Assembly (NCBI GenBank): GCA_963843285.1
Contig: CAWJJO010000004.1
Coordinates: 5,521-69,520 of the forward strand
Reading direction: 5' to 3'
Source of the DNA: an uncultured bacterium
GTDB lineage: Bacteria; Acidobacteriota; HRBIN11; JAKEFK01
Length of the DNA: 64,000 bases
The first letter of the stretch is position 1. Each line of letters opens with the position of its first letter. Made by a program: the position numbers and the translations under genes. Under the pieces are notes generated by a model. The model was not told the origin of the DNA and did no database searches. It saw only the letters and a program-made list of their open reading frames with translations. Positions 9,606-18,618 of the stretch are shown here, in pieces.

Positions 9606-11284
9606 GTGAGGCATCTTGTTCATATGGACAAGTATTTAAAGATCAGAGATATGCATAGACGCCATCGTGGCCTATCAAAGGCCGTTGCAGATAGCTATCA
9701 AGAAGCCGCAGTTGTGTGCTTGAGCCGCCACCACAAGTCACCGGTCAGCGTTGACCTGACGGATAATGCAAACCAAACATCGTGTGCAATCCAATGGCGG
9801 AAGCCGGATCGTCGTACCATCGATGCTTGGGCGAACGAAACCGTTACAACTGAGGCAGGAGCATACGCTGTGTCATCGCTGCCGTTGAGTATCTCAGGAA
9901 TGTTTTTGCGGTACGTCGCGCCGAGACGGGAACGGGATCTGATTACTACATCGGCTTAGCGGGGTCTGGAATCATTGATCTTGAGGATTGTTTAAGACTT
10001 GAAGTTTCCGGGGTTAGCGATGGGGATTACAAAGAAGTTGCAAAGAGGTTGTCCCAAAAAGTGAGCCAGGCTCTGCGGGGTAAAAGCAGCCTACCAGCTA
10101 TTGCCGGAGTGATCGGCTTCAGTGCCAGAGTCATTATGGTCAGAGACGTTCGGGAGCCTCAATGAGTTGGGATTCCCACCACACCAAAAGTGAAGAGGTT
10201 GCTGGCCAGGCACAGGCAGAAGCAAGATCTTTGAATCAAAAAAAGGCAGAAGAGCTTTATCGCCTTGCCGCAAGCGAGGAAGAGATTGCCTAAGCGAAGT
10301 CCCGCCTGAAAAACAAAAAACACGTGGCATCACCGTTGTTAGTGCCGTCGCCCTATGGTACAAAGGCAAAAACTACGCCAAGGCTTCCCAAGTAGCCCAT
10401 CGTGAGCTTGCTAATGATCAACTCCCCGAATTCGCCAAAGATCAACTCAAGGAGCTTCTGCACTTCATTTGGTCGGCAGAATCAGCTGAGGAATCGGGAC
10501 TCAAATTCGCTCCTGGAGACGTGCTCGTTTCGATCAAAGGTGGAGAGGTAATTCACGGTGGAGCCCCACTTGACCTGATTATACAAAAAGTCGAAGCGAT
10601 AAAATCCTTCCTGTTTAGGATTGTGGAAATGCTTTTGAAACGGCCTATCCGTCGCCGAGGAGGACCGCCGCTAGAGGTTCTATCAATGTTTCGCGCATGG
10701 CTTATTCAGGTACCTGCAGGTAGTTATCAATTTGCTGTGCGTGTTGAGCAGCCTCCACAAATGGACTTGTGGGAACAGCCCCCGGAGATTGGTCAAATTA
10801 CTGAAACGTTTTTTACAGTGTTAAATGCAGCGACTGCTGATCCCGAAAGGCAGTTACAGAATGTTGTACCCGATGAAGGATACAGAGATGTCTTTCTCAG
10901 CCTTTCACGCAACCTTGCCCCTACCGGTAAAAGCTACGAGTGGGTCGAATACGCGATGGGGGAAATCCGTCTCAACCCATTGTAGTCCTTTCGTCCGAGA
11001 ACCGGCAAACACTGAATATGACCTTACGAAATCTGCCGGTAAGAGCATTCATAGCTTTAGATGAGATCATTCAGGTCCGAGGGGTTCTGCGGGCGGTGCA
11101 CCTTGACCAAGATTGGCTAGAAGTGGCTACGATCGATCCCGCTAATGTTCGACATCTAAGAATCGACGATGCAGGAGAGGCTTTAGATGATGTTATCGGC
11201 CCCATGGTTAATCGAAGCGTTACAATAGAGGCGCTTCATCGAGGGTCAAAGTATTTATATAGGGATATTCAACTTGACGAGTGA
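9606..11284 (+). pseudogene. ORF fragments in alternating frames (9606-9959 f3, 9854-10163 f2, 10194-10985 f3, 10940-11284 f2): probable decayed gene(s), function unknown
   Basis: Protein-like translations continue across frame switches and there is no single intact ORF. Could also be sequence error. Confidence 0.3.
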
Positions 11285-11698
11285 AACGTGAAGATCCTCT
11301 GGTTTTGTAGGTTCTGCTGCACGATCATGGATGGCCACGAAGCGTAGCGGTGTGTTTTGTCGGACGCGCAGAATCCTGTCCTCGGCACGTTATTTAGAAT
11401 CGGTCGGAGAGGAGCAATTTTAGAAGGTTGCGGCAACTGGGTTCAGATCATGGCCCGAGGACGATGTTAACCCACGGGGAATCCTTCAATTGGTCCAATC
11501 TCTACCCCTGTTCCTAAGCTATATTCTTCTTTCTTCGTATGCACGGAAAAATCGAAGATTGTGGGGCTACTCTGTACTTCGATCACTGCGGGTTTTGCGG
11601 AAAGTGCACCGAGAAGTTAGGACAGGCTTAAAAGGTGTAGCGAATCGAATCGGAAAATAGCGTGGCACGCCTGGCCAATCAGCGAGAAACGCGTCCGT

Positions 11699-11958
11699 TT
11701 AAGATCGGATCCAGAGTTTTTCGTATACGACACTGGGAAGAAAGAAGCGCATTTCCAATCCTTCTACTTCGGCGCGCGCGAACAAATAACGTTGCTCATG
11801 AAAGAGAGGAAGCGCCAACGCCTTGTTCCTGAGGATCTCTTCGATTTCGCGATAAATGGCCTGGCGGACTTTGCGGTCCTGTTCTGCGCGACGTCGTTCA
11901 ATCAGCCGGTCCAATTCAGGCAAGCTGCAAAAAGCAGCGGCAAAAACGTTCCTTTCTC
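11699..11958 (-). pseudogene. 3'-terminal fragment (74 codons) of a paralog of the giant kinase gene 18619..25050
   Basis: ~230 nt near-identical to 18619..18850, followed by ~25 nt matching 20195..20220. Encodes ...[34 protein letters not shown]. Confidence 0.6.
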
Positions 11959-11966
11959 GCGGAAGG

Positions 11967-12010
11967 GTGTAAGAAAGGGGATGTGGAGATGAGGGAGATG
12001 TGGGAATGGG
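11967..12010 (+). repeat. G-rich palindromic-repeat family, single G-rich arm (GTGTAAGAAAGGGGATGTGGAGATGAGGGAGATGTGGGAATGGG)
   Basis: Direct match to the family consensus. Abuts the gene fragment 11699..11958. Confidence 0.8.
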
Positions 12011-12037
12011 TTCACCGTCTTATTGTAAGATCTGAAT

Positions 12038-13376
12038 ATGACAGATGCGGAGCGGCCGTCAGGTCCACCGGGTCATTTCCTTTTCGGCAATCTTCCGGAA
12101 TTCGGACGCGACATCCTTGGCTTCTTCACCAGATGCGCGCGCGAATACGGGGATATCGTGAAAATCAAACTGTTCCGGTACGATGCGTTTCTGATCAATC
12201 ATCCTGATTACATTGAGCAAGTTCTGGTTACAAATAGCCGCAGCTTTCAAAAGCACAGTTTTTTCTGGAGACATGTGCGTGCAATTTTTGGAGAAGGATT
12301 GCTTACAAGCGAAGGCAATTTCTGGCTCCGCCAACGCCGCATGTCGCAGCCCTTTTTCCACAAAGAACGGATTGCAGGGTACGGAAAATTGATGGTCGAT
12401 TTTGCCGAACGGATGCTCGCGGATTGGAAAGATGGCGAAACGCGCGACATCCACCAGGAGATGATGCATGTTGCATCGCGGATTGTTACGAAAGCATTGT
12501 TCAGCACCGATATCGACCGGGACATGCGCGAAGTGGATGAAGCTTTCAACATAGCGATTCAGGAAGTCGCCGTACGGTTCCGGCGGCCAATTCGAATCCC
12601 TGAATTCCTGCCTCTTCCAGGAAATCTCCGGTGCAAAAAAGCTGTGAAGCGGCTGGATGCGTTAATGTACCGGATCATTCGCGAGCGTCGTTCCGCAGCA
12701 GATGGGACCGATCTGCTATCCATGATGTTGCAGGCGCAAGACGAAGATGGAACTCGAATGACCGATACGCAGCTGCGCGATGAGGCCGTAACATTATTTC
12801 TCGCGGGTCATGAGACTACAGCGATTGCGCTTACCTGGACGTTTTACCTGTTATCGCAAAATCCCGAATCGTTAGCGAAACTGGTGTCGGAACTCCGAAC
12901 GGTTCTGAATGGACGTTCCCCGCAGGCCAGCGATATACCGAAATTGCGTTACACGGAAATGGTCATCATGGAATCGATGCGTCTTTATCCGCCTGCGTAC
13001 GCGTTTGGGCGCGAAACGATCCGCGATTGCCGGATCAATGGAATCGAGCTGCCGAAAGGAACCACGGTTTTCATGAGCCAGTGGGTCATGCATCGTGATG
13101 CGCGGTATTTCGATGAGCCGGATGAGTTTCGTCCCGACCGATGGGCGGATGGTCTGGCGAAAAGGCTCCCGCGATTTGCGTACTTTCCTTTCGGCGGCGG
13201 TCCCAGACTCTGTATCGGCAATTCTTTTGCAATGATGGAAGCGGTTCTGATACTCGCAACCGTTGCGACAAAAATTCCGCCTGGAGCTTGTCCCGAATCA
13301 TCCGGTAGAGCCCTTCCCCGCAATTACACTCAGGCCGCGTTTCGGTATGAAGATGACATTGCGAAAGAGGGTGTAA
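12038..13376 (+). CDS. cytochrome P450 (apparent +1 frameshift in A5 run at 13270-13274)
   Basis: FGGGPRLCIGNSFA heme-Cys loop and AGHETT I-helix. The ORF track runs to 13555 through the repeat. Frame 3 after the A-run gives the canonical P450 C-terminus KFRLELVPNHPVEPFPAITLRPRFGMKMTLRKRV*, ending at TAA 13374 inside GTGTAAG. Confidence 0.75.
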
Positions 13377-13412
13377 GAAGGGGGATGGGGAGATATGGGG
13401 GATGTGGGGATG
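13371..13412 (+). repeat. G-rich palindromic-repeat family, single arm; its TAA is the predicted P450 stop
   Basis: GTGTAAGAAGGGGGATGGGGAGATATGGGGGATGTGGGGATGG. Confidence 0.8.
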
Positions 13413-13490
13413 GTGTGTTCGAATTTGCTGAAAAGAGAAAATTATTGTCGCGCAGTAGGGCGTTGCTTATGGTGTCGTTTTTGACGGACT

Positions 13491-13536
13491 CTGATGTGTG
13501 GCTTCCACGCGCACACATCAGATGTGATTTTCCTCT
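13491..13536 (+). terminator. possible intrinsic terminator hairpin downstream of P450
   Basis: 10-bp perfect stem CTGATGTGTG / CACACATCAG with an 11-nt loop, followed by ATGTGATTTTCCTCT. Confidence 0.35.
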
Positions 13537-13775
13537 GTGCGGCCCGGTTGGATGATCTTCTGGAAGTATGTGTGTACGTTGGACACATCGGGACAAAATC
13601 GTTGCGATTGAATTTCGAGGTCAGAAAAAAGGGGACGCTGAGCTGATTACCGATGCGCGTTTTGTTCTTGTATTCCGTTCGCCGCGACACTGTTTGAGAC
13701 TGTTCCAATGCCGAATGGTTTGATTCAAAAACTACGACCATACACAGATCCGAACATTGAGTCTTAGCCCTGAAT

Positions 13776-15041
13776 TCATGATCCGAAGGGATGATCAATC
13801 GATGGACTCTGCACAGTAAACATCCGCGGGCCGTCTTCTGTGATGTACATACAATCTTCCAGGCGAATTCCGAATTCTCCATAAATAACGATCGTTGGCT
13901 CATCGCTGAAACACATTCCGGGTGCAAGGCGTGTTTGGTTTCCGCGAACGAGATAAGCCCATTCGTGGCCATCCAATCCGATCCCATGACCGGTTCGATG
14001 TGGAAGTCCCGGGACTTTGTAATCGGGTCCAAATCCGGCATCCGTGATCACCTTGCGCGCAGCAGCGTCTATCGACTCGCAGGTCGCGCCGACTTTCGCA
14101 GCCGCAAACGCTGCATCCTGCGCTTTGCGCTCTAGATTCCAGATGTCTCGCTGCCGCGCAGAAGGTTTGCCGAACACAAACGTTCGTGTGACATCCGAAC
14201 CGTATTTTTCCACATCACAGCCCCCGTCCATCAAGACAACGTCTCCTTCCTTCAGTTTTTGCGGCTGAATACTACCATGCGGAAAGGCCGTGTACTTTCC
14301 AAAGCTTGTAAAGGCTTCCCCTTCAACGCCCAGCGCACCAAATGCAGCAGAAATATTTGCGGAAAATTCGTCCGTGGTGATCCCCTCTTTTAATGTGTCT
14401 ACGGAGGCCTTATACGCGGCAATCGTGATGTCATTTGCACGCTGCATCAAAGCCAGTTCTGCAGCGGATTTGATCATCCGGCATCCGGCAGTCACAGGAT
14501 CAGCGCTTACGAAGGTCAACTGCGGAGCCTCCTTTCGAATGCCGTCAAAAAGGAAAAAGCGTACTCGTTCCTCCATACCAATCGTACCGGTTAGAATCCC
14601 GCGATCCTGAAAGATCCCGGCAATCTTTTTGTACGGACTTTCATCCTCTTGCCAGGTGCGAATGTCGGAACCAAAACGGATCAGCTCGCGCGCGCGCTGT
14701 TCTTCGAATGCAGGACAAACCCATGCAATCTCTCCGCGCGCCGGAAGAACGGCAGCGAACATCCGCTCAGATCCATGCCATTGCACTCCCGTAAAGTAAA
14801 ACAAACTGGTACCCGCTTCGAGATAAATCGCATCGATTTTGTTTTCTATCATTCGCTTGCGAGCCTTTTCCATTCGTTCCAATCGCTCTTGATCTGTGAT
14901 CGGTTTGACTCCGCCGGTCATAGGCTTCAAGTTTGCGAATGCGCCACCCGGGGTATCGGCGCGTGAAAAGCGGGGACTGGCCATGGCACCGGCGGCGAAT
15001 GCGGACAGTTTTAGAAAATTTCGTCGATCCACACAGATCAT
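13776..15041 (-). CDS. M24-family Xaa-Pro aminopeptidase/dipeptidase with Tat signal
   Basis: RRNFLKLSAFAAGAMA twin-arginine signal. HGIGLDGHE and other pita-bread metal-ligand motifs. Confidence 0.8.
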   Translation of the reverse strand: MICVDRRNFLKLSAFAAGAMASPRFSRADTPGGAFANLKPMTGGVKPITDQERLERMEKARKRMIENKIDAIYLEAGTSLFYFTGVQWHGSERMFAAVLPARGEIAWVCPAFEEQRARELIRFGSDIRTWQEDESPYKKIAGIFQDRGILTGTIGMEERVRFFLFDGIRKEAPQLTFVSADPVTAGCRMIKSAAELALMQRANDITIAAYKASVDTLKEGITTDEFSANISAAFGALGVEGEAFTSFGKYTAFPHGSIQPQKLKEGDVVLMDGGCDVEKYGSDVTRTFVFGKPSARQRDIWNLERKAQDAAFAAAKVGATCESIDAAARKVITDAGFGPDYKVPGLPHRTGHGIGLDGHEWAYLVRGNQTRLAPGMCFSDEPTIVIYGEFGIRLEDCMYITEDGPRMFTVQSPSIDHPFGS

Positions 15042-15235
15042 AGGCGATTCCTCCTGCTATCGAATTGGCCCAAAACTCAGAAAGTTTTACCGGCTACAAT
15101 TGTACATTCTCTGAGCATCGTCTAGAAGTCAGCGCTCACTTCTGCGGTTCGAAAAATTCCTTTGTTCGTTTGCCTGCCCGCTGAATACTCTGTGGAAAAA
15201 AAGGTGTTCGGCTTTGGTAAAATGAAAATATCCCT

Positions 15236-15778
15236 ATGCACGGAACGATCTTCTTTGAATTGAAAAAATATGTGGAAACAAAGCTCGGCGGACGCGCGGC
15301 CTGGGACAGGCTCCTCATTGAATCCGACCTGGGAGCCAGAACATACGAAGTAATGGCTGATTATCCGGATAGCGAAATCATCCAACTGACTTCGACTGCA
15401 TCCAGAATGACGGGTGCGCCGGTTCGCTCCATCCTGGAGGACTTTGGAGAATTTATTGCGCCCGATCTGCTTCAAATGTATGCGGGTGTAATCCAACCGG
15501 CATGGAAGACTCTGGATGTCATTGAGCATACAGAAGATCAAATTCACAGCGTGGTCCGGTTACACAACCGGGATGCTCATCCGCCGGACCTGAAGTGTGT
15601 TCGAACATCGGAAAACGAGGTTATCATTCACTACAACTCCAAGCGAAAGATGTGTGACGTCGCCAGAGGAATTGTGAAAGGACTCGCCAGGTACTATGAG
15701 GAAAAAATCTCAATTTCTGAGTCCACCTGTATGCTCAAAGGGGAACCAGCTTGCACCATTCAGGTAAGACGTGATTGA
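15236..15778 (+). CDS. stand-alone H-NOX (heme-NO/O2 binding) domain protein
   Basis: 180 aa. N-terminus MHGTIFFELKKYV, candidate proximal His104, and Y133-x-S135-x-R137 (YxSxR) at canonical spacing. Confidence 0.75.
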   Translation: MHGTIFFELKKYVETKLGGRAAWDRLLIESDLGARTYEVMADYPDSEIIQLTSTASRMTGAPVRSILEDFGEFIAPDLLQMYAGVIQPAWKTLDVIEHTEDQIHSVVRLHNRDAHPPDLKCVRTSENEVIIHYNSKRKMCDVARGIVKGLARYYEEKISISESTCMLKGEPACTIQVRRD

Positions 15779-15830
15779 CGCAGTTCAGACATCAAAACTG
15801 AGCCCTGTGGTCTGCAATGAGATTAAAGGA

Positions 15831-15877
15831 GTGTAAGAAGGGGGATGTGGAGATCGGGGGGATGAGGGGATAAGGAT
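15831..15877 (+). repeat. G-rich palindromic-repeat family, single arm
   Basis: GTGTAAGAAGGGGGATGTGGAGATCGGGGGGATGAGGGGATAAGG. Confidence 0.85.
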
Positions 15878-15921
15878 TTTTACTATCTTAAGAAAAAATA
15901 TCCCGACAGTCGAGATACGCA

Positions 15922-16404
15922 TCAATTGCGATCTCTTTCCTGAAGAATCAGCTCCAGTTCGGCGATCACTTCCAAATCTTTTGGGCGGCCAACAGCCCGT
16001 TTCACTTCGATTAACTTCTCAAGATTGAGGCAAAGACAGGAGACACCAAAAAGTTCGATGGGGATGGAATGAGGCACCAAATCTTCAAACGTTCCACCTC
16101 CGGTAATCTCGCCCAACAAATCTAGATTCCCGAGGGAAGTGGTCAGCGTAAAGTTGAGTCCTGAGGCCAAAGTCTCAACATCCCATCGAAACGGTAACCC
16201 CGGAGGTGCGCCTCGCAAATATGGTTGATAAGGCTTCAGCGCGTCCACCATACGTTCCATATTTTGCGGACTGCGATCATAAACGATGTCGAGATCGTTT
16301 GTTAATCTGGAGGATCCATGTGCAATCGCCGCCGCTCCCCCAACCAGAATAAAACGTGCACCCGTGTTTACGAGTAATGGGATGAGTGTTTTGAACTGAA
16401 TCAC
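15922..16404 (-). CDS. pol-beta superfamily nucleotidyltransferase (MNT-like)
   Basis: GS-x10-DLD motif (HGSSRLTNDLDIV). 160 aa. Confidence 0.6.
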   Translation of the reverse strand: MIQFKTLIPLLVNTGARFILVGGAAAIAHGSSRLTNDLDIVYDRSPQNMERMVDALKPYQPYLRGAPPGLPFRWDVETLASGLNFTLTTSLGNLDLLGEITGGGTFEDLVPHSIPIELFGVSCLCLNLEKLIEVKRAVGRPKDLEVIAELELILQERDRN

Positions 16405-16592
16405 TTTTTGTTGGCGCGCTCGCCCGCTCGTCTCAATTCTTCAGCGAAGGCTTGCAGATTCATGAGGTTTTCAAATCTTTGTTGCACGGTAAGGCGGAGG
16501 TTCTCACGAATCAAAGTGCGATCGACGTGCTTTTTGTATTCCGCTATGACCGCTTCCATTGAAGTCTTGCGAGGCTTGCCATCAAGCTTCAT
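16401..16592 (-). CDS. 63-aa protein, possible partner (antitoxin-like) of the nucleotidyltransferase
   Basis: 4-nt overlap with the downstream nucleotidyltransferase ORF. Charged and helical. Confidence 0.35.
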   Translation of the reverse strand: MKLDGKPRKTSMEAVIAEYKKHVDRTLIRENLRLTVQQRFENLMNLQAFAEELRRAGERANKK

Positions 16593-16656
16593 CTTTGATC
16601 CTCCATGATTATTCTAGCCCTTCTGCTTCCATCCTGCTACGGCGGGGATCTGAGGA

Positions 16657-16705
16657 GTGTAAGAAGGGGGATGTGGAGATCGGGGGGATGAGGGGATATC
16701 GGATC
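16657..16705 (+). repeat. G-rich palindromic-repeat family, single arm
   Basis: GTGTAAGAAGGGGGATGTGGAGATCGGGGGGATGAGGGGATATCGG. Confidence 0.85.
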
Positions 16706-16751
16706 AAGGGGACTTTGTTCAACGATTTCTATGAGAAGTTTGTTTCCCTTT

Positions 16752-18341
16752 TCAACCACGATCCCTTCCAATCTTCAGGTTATCTGATTTGCCTTCCACC
16801 CTTATCTTTAGAAAGGTGCCGGCGCCTTCTTTTGCAAAAAATGGATCAACGGGCTTTAGCACCCATCGTTTCCAGCCCGTCATTGTTTGCGAAACTTTTG
16901 CATCGAGCTTTAGTGTCCCGCGCAAATTCACGAGATCTGAAGCCACATTGTATGTTCCTGTCAGATCGACTCTGGCCCCGGATACATAAAACGAGAGACG
17001 GCGAAAGACTATGGCCTGGTTTTCGAGGTGGAAAACACCTTTCATCTGGGAAAATACATCGTTGATTTTTCGATTCTCCGGCTGACCCTGGCCTCGACGA
17101 CTTAAGGTATCGACTTTCTCCTGGACGGCTGCGCGCAGAAATCTCCCTCTCGAAAGTGTGAAATTTCCATCAAGGATTAACTTTTCGCGAACTTTGCCGG
17201 ATAGCGGAGGAATCTCAATCTTTCCTTTGAAAGAAACCGTTCCATCCATTCCCGGTGTTCCTTTTGTTGCAAAACGCAGTAATTCGTAAATCGAACCTTT
17301 TGGAATAGTCACATCCAGCGAAATTCTTCGTGTCGGATCCTTTTCATGCTTTACGACACCGCCAGTCGTTGTAAAACTCGTTGCTCCTATGGATCCGGTA
17401 ACCGGTTGAAGGATGGTATTTCCGTTTGTTCCGTCCACCATCACCTCAAAGCTGGTAGTAAGGGGCAGTGGTTTCCCTCCATTCTTTAGATGAAATTCAG
17501 GAACGGAAGCTTTTCCGATGACATGAATTTTATCCAGCGTTCCATCAAAATGTCCGGTGGAATCCAGATGTCCCGCGATTCCGCGAAAGACGGACAGATC
17601 TGCTTTCTTGAAGTCGTACTCACCTGTCAGCGGTGTGTCCCCTGGTTCTTCCGTTGTCCATGGTCCGAATTTCCCACGGCTATTGATATCACCCGGAGGT
17701 CTTGCATTTTTTAGCATCGCCTCATAGTTGACGACCAATTCCTGGCTGGAAGGTTGGAGGCGAATCTTGTGCAGCTCAAAGCGCAAGGGAGTTTTCTTCG
17801 GGTCTCTCGGTAGAATTGCGAGTGTTGAGCCGGTAACCACGATCTCCTTGATCATGATGCGTGGATCACGCGTACCGAGCCGCTTTGAAACATTCAGATC
17901 GCCGTTCTTCGACTTTGGAGGGATATTGATTTCCATCTCATCTATTTTCAGCAAAGCAACTGTTGCAGGCGGGTGAACAACCGTTCCCAGATCTACGTCA
18001 AAAGCAAAACGCTTGATCGCAAACATTGCGGGAATATCTTTCCGTCCCTTATGCCGGATGAGGAGATTCTCGCCTTCAACCTTTGCCAGAATACCCTGGC
18101 CACGATTCAATAATATTCGGATTGCGGAAACTTCCGGTATGTGGATGCGAAGAACGCCTAACTCCACTTCACTGTCAAATCGCTGCCGAAGATAGGAGAT
18201 GGCTTGCTCTTTAAGATAAGGCTCCAGGCGGTTCGCAAATCTTGTTCCGATTCTGTCGAGAACAAGCAGACCTGTGATCAGCAGTACAAGAACGGAGATG
18301 AAAAAGATCCATTTCTTCTTGCTTACCACAATTCGCGCCAA
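16752..18341 (-). CDS. AsmA-family membrane protein
   Basis: N-terminal TM helix followed by ~500 aa of beta-rich AsmA-like region. Confidence 0.55.
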   Translation of the reverse strand: MARIVVSKKKWIFFISVLVLLITGLLVLDRIGTRFANRLEPYLKEQAISYLRQRFDSEVELGVLRIHIPEVSAIRILLNRGQGILAKVEGENLLIRHKGRKDIPAMFAIKRFAFDVDLGTVVHPPATVALLKIDEMEINIPPKSKNGDLNVSKRLGTRDPRIMIKEIVVTGSTLAILPRDPKKTPLRFELHKIRLQPSSQELVVNYEAMLKNARPPGDINSRGKFGPWTTEEPGDTPLTGEYDFKKADLSVFRGIAGHLDSTGHFDGTLDKIHVIGKASVPEFHLKNGGKPLPLTTSFEVMVDGTNGNTILQPVTGSIGATSFTTTGGVVKHEKDPTRRISLDVTIPKGSIYELLRFATKGTPGMDGTVSFKGKIEIPPLSGKVREKLILDGNFTLSRGRFLRAAVQEKVDTLSRRGQGQPENRKINDVFSQMKGVFHLENQAIVFRRLSFYVSGARVDLTGTYNVASDLVNLRGTLKLDAKVSQTMTGWKRWVLKPVDPFFAKEGAGTFLKIRVEGKSDNLKIGRDRG

Positions 18342-18524
18342 CTTTGAGGAAACTTTTGCAATCGAATATGGAAGGCCCGATGAAACGGGTATTCCCGATG
18401 CGTATGGAATATATGCAACGAGAAACGAACGTCAAGTTTTGGCTGTTCTGCCTGTCGTTTCGTCGCGAACTTGCGGCCGGTAGATGAATGCGGCATACTG
18501 AACGCCGGCATTCTGCCGGGAAGA

Positions 18525-18570
18525 GTGTAAGAAGGGGGATGTGGAGATCGGGGATAAGGGACAGGATTTT
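18525..18570 (+). repeat. G-rich palindromic-repeat family, single arm
   Basis: GTGTAAGAAGGGGGATGTGGAGATCGGGGATAAGGGACAGG. Confidence 0.85.
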
Positions 18571-18618
18571 TGTTTCACTTATAATCCCGTAACTTTGGAC
18601 ATTCAGGCAGTTTGTTGT

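Noticed and set aside
11285-11698. Possible tRNA or integration site at the island boundary
   Set aside because: Scanned by eye for cloverleaf-compatible segments and TpsiC-like GTTCRANYC motifs and found none convincing. Needs tRNAscan-SE to be sure.
12059-12552. Antisense ORFs (136 aa, 101 aa) within the P450 gene
   Set aside because: Overlap a confidently identified P450 coding region on the opposite strand; no motifs.
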